Shown here: piece after piece, positions 56,754 through 64,000 of the stretch | Position numbering within the stretch: position 1 is the stretch's first letter | How the letters are laid out: each line of letters opens with the position of its first letter | Source: Candidatus Hermodarchaeota archaeon | Lineage (GTDB): Archaea; Asgardarchaeota; Lokiarchaeia; Sigyniarchaeales; SOKP01 | Direction of reading: 5' to 3' | Assembly (NCBI GenBank): GCA_048885925.1 | Contig: JBHLLG010000010.1 | Coordinates: 831-64,830 of the forward strand | DNA length: 64,000 bases | Made by a program: the position numbers and the translations under genes | The notes under the pieces: generated by a model | Databases searched by the model: none | Told to the model about the DNA's origin: nothing | The model's input: only the letters and a program-made list of their open reading frames with translations

Positions 56754-57787
56754 AATATCATCCTAATTCCAATTTTTTTTTTATTTTTACCATTAGATTT
56801 TATAAAATTCTGATACCACTCAACAGTATGACTTAGACCTTCTTTCAGAGGAGTGATGTGATATCCCAATTTTTCAATGGCACTTTTCGAAGAAAATGCC
56901 CAATTATATTTCATTCCTATAATCATATCGGGAGTTATATAAGGTATTCTCTTTTTGAATAATTTTGCCTTAAATCTGCATAAGTGCCCATATATAACAC
57001 CAGCCCACATTGGGAGGGTTCTAGGTTTTTTAGTTTCAGCTAATTCAGCAATTAAATTAATAAAATCTCTCATTTTTATATTTTCACCCCCTAATACGAA
57101 AGATTGCCCCAATAAATCTTTTTTTTCAAGTACACTCACCATTCCTTCAATGACATCATCAATATATGTCATACAAAAGTAAGATTGACCTTTACTTGGT
57201 AAACCTAAAAATTGTTCTGCTACAATATCGAATACCATCTCGCCATAAATATTAAAATCCCCAGGACCAAATATAAATCCTGGATAGAATATTATCGTTT
57301 TAAGACCTTTTTTAATATACTCCTTTATTTTTTCACGTCCCAGATATTTAGTTCTTTCATATTCATTTATAAAAAAATCAACATGAGGAAAATTTTCATT
57401 AGTCGGTTCCGTTGTTCCTTTAGGATTTGGTCCAAGTGCTCCAAAAGAACTCATATAAAAAAGAGTAACATCTTTTTCAATAGCAACTTTAGCAATATTT
57501 TCTGATCCTCTAACATTAATGTCATAAAAACTATTTTTATCTTTTGCCCATATTGAAACTTGTCCTGCTAGATGATAAATTAAATCGATGTTATTTATGG
57601 CATTATGCAGACTATTAATCTCTCGAACATCTCCAATAACATATTCGATATTATTTAAATTTTGAAATGGTTCGATATTGCTACTTTCTCTTATTAATAA
57701 TTTTAAGTTATGCCCTAAGCTGTGTAACCTTTCGACTAAAGGAATTCCTATAAAACCGGTGCCACCTGTTATTAAAATATTTGCCAT
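56750..57787 (-). CDS. NAD(P)-dependent epimerase/dehydratase/reductase (extended SDR)
   Basis: ILITGGTGFIGIPLVERL (GxxGxxG) and YERTKYLGRE (YxxxK). Its stop overlaps the ALDH start by 4 nt (ATGA). Confidence 0.85.
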   Translation of the reverse strand: MANILITGGTGFIGIPLVERLHSLGHNLKLLIRESSNIEPFQNLNNIEYVIGDVREINSLHNAINNIDLIYHLAGQVSIWAKDKNSFYDINVRGSENIAKVAIEKDVTLFYMSSFGALGPNPKGTTEPTNENFPHVDFFINEYERTKYLGREKIKEYIKKGLKTIIFYPGFIFGPGDFNIYGEMVFDIVAEQFLGLPSKGQSYFCMTYIDDVIEGMVSVLEKKDLLGQSFVLGGENIKMRDFINLIAELAETKKPRTLPMWAGVIYGHLCRFKAKLFKKRIPYITPDMIIGMKYNWAFSSKSAIEKLGYHITPLKEGLSHTVEWYQNFIKSNGKNKKKIGIRMIL

Positions 57788-58013
57788 AGGTCAAATGCTA
57801 AAATATCAAAAACTAAATTTAAAATAATAAAAGGTTTCATTTTATTAAAGTAAGATCTTGCCGATTCTGAGGTTTTACATCTTTTAATATTAGGAATCTT
57901 CGGAATAATAATAATAAATTACCTTATCGATTTTAAACGATATTTATTAAAAAATCTCAATTATTATATCTTAGAACACCTATATTTTTAATTAAAAAGT
58001 TAAAGGCTATAGA

Positions 58014-58571
58014 TTGAAAAAGAAACAAAAGATTTTTGATAATTTTTATTCACAATTGGATTTACCATTTTTAGAGACAGATGAAGCATTTCTAAATGAC
58101 ATTTTCGAAACGCTCAGAGCTAATTTTAATTTAGGTAAAAGGTCTAATCAAAAATTTATAGATTTAGGTTCGGGGAATGGAAGCGTTGTAATCTATGCCG
58201 CATTAAATTACAATATCAAATCCTATGGTATTGAAATTAATCAAAATTTAATTAAAGAAGCAAAAAATCGCAAAAAATCATTGAATAAAGAAGGTTTATA
58301 TGAAAAGGGGATTTTTACGAAAATTAAATTTAGATTAGGAGATTTTTTTTCATATAACTTAAAAAAATATGATTTCATCTACATTTATTCACTACCCCCT
58401 ATGCAAAAATATCTCAGACATTTATTTAACACGGCAAAAAAAGGAGCAGTTATTATTTCACATAAATATAAACTTGAAGATTTTGACCTTTATTTAAAAT
58501 GTGAATATGAATTGACCCATGATAAAAAAAAAGATGTAGTTTTTACGTTTTTTTATAAAAAAATTGCATGA
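58014..58571 (+). CDS. class I SAM-dependent methyltransferase
   Basis: Motif I FIDLGSGNGSVVIYAA and the post-I acidic residue (YGIEIN). TTG start. Confidence 0.7.
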   Translation: MKKKQKIFDNFYSQLDLPFLETDEAFLNDIFETLRANFNLGKRSNQKFIDLGSGNGSVVIYAALNYNIKSYGIEINQNLIKEAKNRKKSLNKEGLYEKGIFTKIKFRLGDFFSYNLKKYDFIYIYSLPPMQKYLRHLFNTAKKGAVIISHKYKLEDFDLYLKCEYELTHDKKKDVVFTFFYKKIA

Positions 58572-58735
58572 GAGAGTACGTAGCTATTATTGAATATAAA
58601 TCATTATTATTTTGAATAATGATACTTTGGCTTTTGATATATCACTAAAAAATATATTTTTAAATAAAATCAAAATAAATTAATATATAATTCCGTAAGC
58701 GAATTTTTTTTTTAACTTAAAGGTGGAATATTGTA

Positions 58736-59437
58736 ATGGCAATTGTTTTCGAAGGTTTGTTGGAAGGATTAACTGCTTCTCTAATAGTTTTTTCCTCAGT
58801 TATTTTTGGATTGTTTACTCTCTATAAGTCAATAAAATTAAAAGCAAAATTACTTACAATAGCAGGTATCGTCATGATATTCGTTGGTTTTCTATGGCTT
58901 GGTCCTACTATTGATTTTTTCTTAAAATTAATCACAAATGAAAATATTGAACCAAGAAATATTTATGTGCTTCTGAGTTATACATCGGTAGCGCCAGCTT
59001 TATTTTTTTCTATGTATCTAGGTGGTGAACTAGTAATACCTAAATATAAATGGTTGCTTGTAGGAATTTTTATAGTTTTAGGTGGAATATTTGAATATTT
59101 TCTTTATTTTGATACTGTAAACTCTTTTGAATATATAGATGTTCAAATAACTGATGGTTTGATTGATGCGAGTTTCAATAGAGGACATCCAACATTTATT
59201 ATGGTAGCTGTATTTTTAGTATCTGCATTAGTATTCTTGGGAATAGGAATGGCAATAAAAGCAAAACAAGCTACAGGAACATTGAGAAGAAAGTTTACTT
59301 ATTTATCGATTGGTTTTATAATTTTTGTCATATGTGGAGCTTTAGATTCGATTCTTCCAGTTGGAATCTTTCTTGGAGTAGTAAGAGTGGTGATGGCAAC
59401 ATTTTCTATATGGATGTGGCTCGGCTTAAAGACCTAA
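58736..59437 (+). CDS. polytopic (about 7 TM) membrane protein, function unknown
   Basis: Seven hydrophobic segments. GGTGG lies 9 nt upstream of the ATG. Confidence 0.55.
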   Translation: MAIVFEGLLEGLTASLIVFSSVIFGLFTLYKSIKLKAKLLTIAGIVMIFVGFLWLGPTIDFFLKLITNENIEPRNIYVLLSYTSVAPALFFSMYLGGELVIPKYKWLLVGIFIVLGGIFEYFLYFDTVNSFEYIDVQITDGLIDASFNRGHPTFIMVAVFLVSALVFLGIGMAIKAKQATGTLRRKFTYLSIGFIIFVICGALDSILPVGIFLGVVRVVMATFSIWMWLGLKT

Positions 59438-59530
59438 ACATTTGTTTGGCAGGATAAGTTGATGGGTTTAAAAAATACCCTCATAATATTTTTTTTTTAT
59501 TTCTTTTGGATAATCTATTCAAAATGACTA

Positions 59531-59890
59531 TTAGGATTTAGTAAGTTGAGTTACAGTTTTTTTTAAGTATAGCTTCATGAAATATCTTTGATTAGCACAG
59601 AAATTAAGTTTCTGCGAGTTAGTTAGATCTTGACAATTGGATAATATTAAATGAATATCATTTGAAATAGCTAAATATTCATTTTTTGATTTATTTAAGT
59701 CATATTGAGATGCAGAAAAGGAGTTATTATTAATTTCATTAAGAGATTTTTCATTATTCTCATTAATATTTTCATTGAATAAGGTATTTTTATATTCAAT
59801 AAGAGTAGAAATTAATAGATTTGAAATAAAATTGAATGATTCTTTTGAATTTATATGCTCAAATAACTCCGAGGCTAATTCAGAAATCAC
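59531..59890 (-). CDS. hypothetical protein
   Basis: ORF only (GTG start). The frame stays open about 45 codons further upstream without a canonical start codon. Confidence 0.3.
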   Translation of the reverse strand: MISELASELFEHINSKESFNFISNLLISTLIEYKNTLFNENINENNEKSLNEINNNSFSASQYDLNKSKNEYLAISNDIHLILSNCQDLTNSQKLNFCANQRYFMKLYLKKTVTQLTKS

Positions 59891-60387
59891 ATTATTATGT
59901 AAGTTTTGATATTCACTCTTATTGAAATCGTTCAGTTCTAATAAAGTTGGGTTTTTTTCCGCAGAGATTTCAGAGAAAGGTTTGATATTAAATCCTTTTG
60001 AAATTATCTTTCATCTCGGAGATAGTTCAATTTATAAAAAGTAAAATCAATTTTGTATTTAAAAAAAAAGCCTCTCTGAATTTAGTGGAAATTTAAGCAG
60101 TTATTTGTTGTAATAACTCAAAATGAAAAATGTACATGAAATAACTATTCTTTTAAAATAGTTTTATAGATTCTGAGAATTTATTATTATTAATTTTATA
60201 AAAACAAATAAGTACTTATTCTATAAAAGTAGTGAATAATTATGTTTATTTTTCCAACAATTTTTCTAATTTTTGGGATTCTCAGTATGCTATTCTTCCC
60301 AATAAATAAAGAAAAGTATGATAAAATAACAGAAGAGGCTAGAAAATTACATTCCGAGAAAAAAGAAAGAGTAAAATCTATCTAAAT

Positions 60388-61413
60388 TTAAATATGTAAA
60401 TAAAATTCAGGTGGATTTAATTCTTTAAATTCATCAGTGTTTAGTATCAGGTGTCTTCTAATATCAAAGCAAGCATGACATTTTGAAATATAACCTTCCT
60501 TTTTATGATTATATTCGAATTTATCAACTGCAAATTCATAGAGATCCTCAAAAGTTCCTATAATTAAAGATTTTAAAATAGGATAATCATCGAGATTAAT
60601 CCCTTCAGTACAAAGTAAGTTTAAATCTCTAATATTGCCCCAAGAAAGTCCACCACAATATCCCGGTATATAATTTCCATAATTATCAAAATGACAATGC
60701 CAATTTCGCACTAATTCTGCGGTGCAATTCTCATTAAAAAAGTAATGTATTGGATATTTTTTATATAAATTTTGGAGTGTATAAGCAGCTCGTCCTATTT
60801 TAAGTAACTCAACTCTTCTTTTTAGATCATCTATACTAATTAATTGGAGATAATTCTCAAGAGGAACTTTTTGTTTAATATTTAATTCTCTAAATTGAGC
60901 ATAATAATATAATTGATATATCATAAAATTTTCTTGAAAGACCTCCATACTCCATTTTATTGCACGTTCAGTATATTCAAAAGGTACAAATTCTAGAATG
61001 AAAGGATTTACACTAATTAAAATTCCGTTAAGTCCTTTTTTTTTCAATTCAAATAGTCTTTCTTTTGTTATACCATCATTTTTGCACCAATAACAATTCG
61101 TTTCTACAAACATCGATGGAATATTTAGACTTTTACCAATCTCTATTGCTTTTAATAAAAGCTCATAATTGAGAAATGGTTCTCCCCCAGTAAAATGAAT
61201 CCCATAATTGAGACTTATATTATCAGAACCATATGGAGATTCTTGTATTGTATTTGATAATTGAATTAAAGTTTCTATCAAATCTTGTTCGTTAATCCAA
61301 TTATCATTCCATTTAGGAGAACCAAAGTACATGCAATGTTTACATTTGCAACTACACTTATAAGAAAGGATTAATCCTCCAGATTTAGGTTTAGGGATAA
61401 AAAAATTTTTCAT
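60388..61413 (-). CDS. radical SAM protein
   Basis: LSYKCSCKCKHCMYF contains CxxxCxxC, and HFTGGEPF is a GGE-like SAM motif. Extra C-terminal Cys residues (CHFDNYGNYIPGYCGG, SKCHAC). Confidence 0.8.
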   Translation of the reverse strand: MKNFFIPKPKSGGLILSYKCSCKCKHCMYFGSPKWNDNWINEQDLIETLIQLSNTIQESPYGSDNISLNYGIHFTGGEPFLNYELLLKAIEIGKSLNIPSMFVETNCYWCKNDGITKERLFELKKKGLNGILISVNPFILEFVPFEYTERAIKWSMEVFQENFMIYQLYYYAQFRELNIKQKVPLENYLQLISIDDLKRRVELLKIGRAAYTLQNLYKKYPIHYFFNENCTAELVRNWHCHFDNYGNYIPGYCGGLSWGNIRDLNLLCTEGINLDDYPILKSLIIGTFEDLYEFAVDKFEYNHKKEGYISKCHACFDIRRHLILNTDEFKELNPPEFYLHI

Positions 61414-61531
61414 TTTACCAAGAGTTACTCTTGATTTGTATAATTTATTTATATTATGATTTCAATATTCAATTTAAAATTTAAAAAAATTTATAAATTA
61501 CATTTTAAAAGATATAAGGAGGTATTCATTT

Positions 61532-61726
61532 ATGCCAAATATCACAATAGATGGACCTAAAATCGAAAATCTGGAAGCAAAACGTAATTTAATTAAAGAA
61601 ATTACTATTGCTGTTGAAAAAGCTTATAACATTCCAAAAGAACACATTATAGTTGTTATTAAAGAAAATTTACCGGAAAATGTTGGTATTGGGGGAATTT
61701 TAATTTCTGATAGAAGAAGAACTTGA
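61532..61726 (+). CDS. 4-oxalocrotonate tautomerase-family protein
   Basis: 64 aa starting MPNITIDGPKIENLEAKRNLIKEITIAVEKAYNIPKEHIIVVIKE (Pro1, beta-alpha-beta). GGAGG lies 9 nt upstream. Confidence 0.85.
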   Translation: MPNITIDGPKIENLEAKRNLIKEITIAVEKAYNIPKEHIIVVIKENLPENVGIGGILISDRRRT

Positions 61727-61813
61727 TTTTAAAATATGATTATTAAATTAAACCCCTTCTAAACTTTCAAAAATGATTAATAAAAAAAGAAAAAATGTAA
61801 GATTAAAATAAAT

Positions 61814-62395
61814 TTAAAGTTTGGATCCACAATTAGGGCAGAAACTTCCAGCTGATTCTAGTTTATGACCACAATAAACACAGAAGTTTTTACCCTCTGA
61901 TAGTAAAGGTTCATCAATTTTTTTAGGTGGTGGAACATAGTCAGTTGCGGGAGTATATGTTATAGTTTGGCCTAAAATAATTTGTCCTGAATCAGGATCA
62001 AAACTATACTTTATCATTCCTCTATTTCTTAGATCTGCTAACACACGTAGTAAAACACTTGGCTTCATCCCAATCTCCAATGCGATATGTTCAAGTTTAT
62101 ATGTTCCCTGAAAATTTCGTTGAGCAAGGGCATTTTTAACGACTTGTTTATACTTATAATTCCTATATAGTTGCTCAAATCCCCCAATGAAAATGAAAAA
62201 AGCAGGTATAAAAAGCCAAAACCCCCAGCTACCAAGTCCGATAAACGGAATATCGAAAGCTAGAAAAAACAAGGATAATATGGCAACAAAAAGAAAGACT
62301 ATAGCAACGGCAAATGTTCCAATAGCCGCCTCATAAGATTCTTTATAGTAATATCTCATTTTATATTTATCTTTAACTTCGCTCATTTCTATCAT
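61814..62395 (-). CDS. membrane protein with winged-helix-like domain and C-terminal zinc ribbon
   Basis: Two TM segments, YKLEHIALEIGMKPSVLLRVLADLRNRGMIKYSFD (wH-like), a PPPKK linker and CVYCGHKLESAGSFCPNCGSKL. Confidence 0.55.
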   Translation of the reverse strand: MIEMSEVKDKYKMRYYYKESYEAAIGTFAVAIVFLFVAILSLFFLAFDIPFIGLGSWGFWLFIPAFFIFIGGFEQLYRNYKYKQVVKNALAQRNFQGTYKLEHIALEIGMKPSVLLRVLADLRNRGMIKYSFDPDSGQIILGQTITYTPATDYVPPPKKIDEPLLSEGKNFCVYCGHKLESAGSFCPNCGSKL

Positions 62396-62683
62396 TTCAA
62401 TTTTTGAATAATAGCTTTTATTATAAAAATCAAAAAGAAACTATGTTAATAATTCTTGAATAGTCCAATTTTTATAAAGTTGATTATAATAAAAAATCCA
62501 CGTTATAAATCATCTAAAAAAAAAGAGAGAGTAGTTTTGAGAAGAGTTTTTTCGAAGGGAAATGAGATTAGCGAATGATTTAATTAGAAAATCTTCTCAA
62601 TGCTCTCTTTCAAAGGAGAAAATTATTCTAAAAAACATTCATGTTTCTGAATTTTTATATTTAAACTTATGATATTTTTTCAT

Positions 62684-63199
62684 TCAGTAGCGAATTTGAT
62701 CTAAAATATCATCAAAATAAAAAACATTTTTTTGACCAGCTTCATCTATTAAAGCTCGTGAAATTGATTTCTTGAAACTCCAGATTTCTATTTCTTTTTG
62801 TAATTCTTTTAATTTTATAACAACATCGAGAAAATCTGAATCTCCACTTACTAAGATTGCTTTGTCATATGAATCTTCCTCAGCTAATTCTACGATATCT
62901 TTATAAATAAAAATATCAATACCTTTCTGTTTTTTTTTCCCAGTTGGGGAAATACTTACTGGTTTTGGTTGAATTATAAAACCTTTAGCTTTAAGATATT
63001 TCAAAAAATTGATTTTTTTTGGTAAAATTTTATCAGGGATTCCCATATACATAAAAATTCCGATTAAATGATGATTTTGAGTTAAAATTTCTTTTAATTT
63101 TATGTAATTAATTCTGATATTCAAAATTTCGAGATTATGGAATATATTAGCATGATCGATGAAAATGATAACTCTTTTCTTTTCGAGAATTTGTCGCAC
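62684..63199 (-). CDS. NYN/LabA-like (PIN-fold) domain protein
   Basis: VIIFIDHANIF, KGIDIFIYKDIVELA and AILVSGDSDF (conserved acidic residues of NYN). Confidence 0.8.
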   Translation of the reverse strand: MRQILEKKRVIIFIDHANIFHNLEILNIRINYIKLKEILTQNHHLIGIFMYMGIPDKILPKKINFLKYLKAKGFIIQPKPVSISPTGKKKQKGIDIFIYKDIVELAEEDSYDKAILVSGDSDFLDVVIKLKELQKEIEIWSFKKSISRALIDEAGQKNVFYFDDILDQIRY

Positions 63200-63369
63200 T
63201 TTTAGAATCCCTTTTTTGTATTATATATTTTAATAATCTGAAATTAATGAGACAATAACATTTCTAATATTTAGTATAAAAAGGGATAGAATTTGTAATG
63301 ATTCAGACACAAATATTTAAGAAATTATTGATGATCCATATGGGAGTAAATATTGTACAGATTACAAAT

Positions 63370-64000
63370 TTAATTGGAACCAGTTAATTCTTTTAACCAA
63401 CTAGAATTGTTAGAGAATTTCTGATAATTTTTTTTATTTCCAAAATCTCCTCTAAATTGATTTTTTTCCATTTTAATAACTGAAATTCTCCAATTTCTTT
63501 TATTCATCCCAAGCTTCATGGCATCTATCAATTCAATTTCGCCTCGTATAGAAGGTTTTACAATCTTTAGAATATCAAAAATTTCTTTTGAAAAAATGAA
63601 AATTCCGCAATTATTTAAGCTAGATTTAGATGTACCTTTTGGTGGCTTTTCTACAATATCAACTAAATAATCATTTTTACAATAAATAGCTCCACCCTTA
63701 TATGGATCTTCTGCGTAATTAGCAACTAATATAAAATCCTGTTTCTCTTCTTTAAATAAATTAATTACTTCTTTATATGTTTTATATGGCACTAAAATAT
63801 CTCCCCAAACTAAATAAAAATGAGATTCTTGGATCAAATTTTCACATAATAAAACTGCGCCACCTGTACCATTAAGATTTTTTTGTTCTACATATTCAAT
63901 TTTTATCCCCCATTTTTTTCCATCCTCAAAATATTTAATAACCTGTTCTTTTCGATACCCTACCACTATAATTATGCTTTTAATCCCAGCATAGATTAAT
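63370..64000 (-). CDS. sugar-phosphate nucleotidyltransferase; N-terminus lies beyond the window end
   Basis: VGYRKEQVIKYFEDGKKWGIKIEYVEQKNLNGTGGAVLL...GDILV...VEKP. The frame stays open through 64000 (..IKSIIIVVGYRKEQ), so the track Met at 63966 is internal. Confidence 0.8.
   Translation of the reverse strand, partial: LIYAGIKSIIIVVGYRKEQVIKYFEDGKKWGIKIEYVEQKNLNGTGGAVLLCENLIQESHFYLVWGDILVPYKTYKEVINLFKEEKQDFILVANYAEDPYKGGAIYCKNDYLVDIVEKPPKGTSKSSLNNCGIFIFSKEIFDILKIVKPSIRGEIELIDAMKLGMNKRNWRISVIKMEKNQFRGDFGNKKNYQKFSNNSSWLKELTGSN

Noticed and set aside
127-57505. About 30 short ORFs from the six-frame track that lie inside or antisense to longer, motif-supported genes: 127-381, 1474-1683, 5345-5566, 6598-6942, 6915-7100, 7354-7563, 7588-7848, 8238-8519, 8767-8955, 12466-12705, 12774-13100, 17440-17676, 18400-18783, 21259-21474, 26907-27110, 29061-29318, 30183-30503, 30555-30737, 30987-31208, 31097-31288, 33929-34147, 34117-34323, 34813-35052, 36719-36904, 38167-38394, 41159-41344, 48482-48733, 52802-52993, 53467-53658, 54346-54528, 56955-57182 and 57212-57505.
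   Set aside because: Each overlaps a longer ORF that has clear family motifs. Their translations are low-complexity (F/L/I/S/K-rich), as expected for the reverse or shifted frames of AT-rich genes. None shows a recognisable motif.
58736-59437. Possibility that the 7-TM protein is a microbial rhodopsin.
   Set aside because: There is no Lys in the last TM helix and no DTD/NTQ/RYxDW-type motifs. Only the helix count is similar.
1-64000. Looked for CRISPR arrays, rRNA genes, transposases, integrases, phage genes and known defence-system signatures. tRNA-adjacent regions 39005-39800 and 49184-50100 were checked as possible integration sites.
   Set aside because: No regularly spaced repeats were found. 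Apart from the two tRNAs, no G+C-rich structured RNA regions stand out. No DDE, tyrosine or serine recombinase motifs were seen. Genes next to the tRNAs are small membrane/hypothetical proteins and HAD hydrolases. The NYN-domain gene (62684-63199) stands alone without partner genes.

Overview
The window is very AT-rich, by eye roughly 30% G+C, with local excursions from about 20% to about 45%. It looks like an archaeal chromosomal segment. It is densely coded, with about 58 protein genes and 2 intron-containing tRNA genes. I saw no rRNA, CRISPR array, transposase or integrase.

Archaeal housekeeping markers are clear:
- an HMf-type histone
- ribosomal protein S8e
- SRP19
- 20S proteasome beta subunit
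- archaeal-type GluRS
- a Hef/FANCM-type helicase
- HypA
- Shine-Dalgarno-like GGAGG/GGTG motifs upstream of many starts

A Ras/Rab-like small GTPase, many zinc-ribbon-tagged proteins and a giant coiled-coil protein also occur. Together with the extreme AT content, I infer an Asgard (Lokiarchaeia-like) origin, but I cannot prove it from the sequence.

Gene content by region:
- 1-12.2 kb: two paralogous FAD-oxidase/CCG Fe-S oxidoreductase pairs, an acyl-CoA ligase and an ADP-forming acyl-CoA synthetase alpha subunit.
- 12.4-19.3 kb: a cell-envelope block with a membrane-anchored legumain-like C13 peptidase, a glycoprotein-like surface protein and a 1469-aa tail-anchored coiled-coil giant.
- 24.9-31.5 kb: a glycyl-radical enzyme locus (enzyme, activase, SDR, CMD). 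A small-GTPase gene bracketed by ~190-bp direct repeats interrupts it.
- 35.4-38.7 kb: a proteostasis and translation block (JAMM, proteasome beta, S8e, HypA, SRP19).
- Remainder: assorted metabolic genes (amidase, iPGM, ALDH, epimerase, HAD hydrolases, nucleotidyltransferases, radical SAM).

The observations I rank highest:
1. The glycyl-radical enzyme carries an N-terminal SCP2-like extension.
2. The GTPase sits in a repeat-bracketed insertion that duplicated the 3' end of the activase gene.
3. The giant tail-anchored coiled-coil protein has prenyltransferase-like repeats at its N-terminus.
4. Two tRNAs carry ~30-nt non-canonical introns that share a hairpin core.
5. Two genes have a conserved N-terminus upstream of any ATG/GTG/TTG, with an SD-like motif placed before an in-frame ATT.

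All functional calls come from motif recognition by eye. No database search was run.
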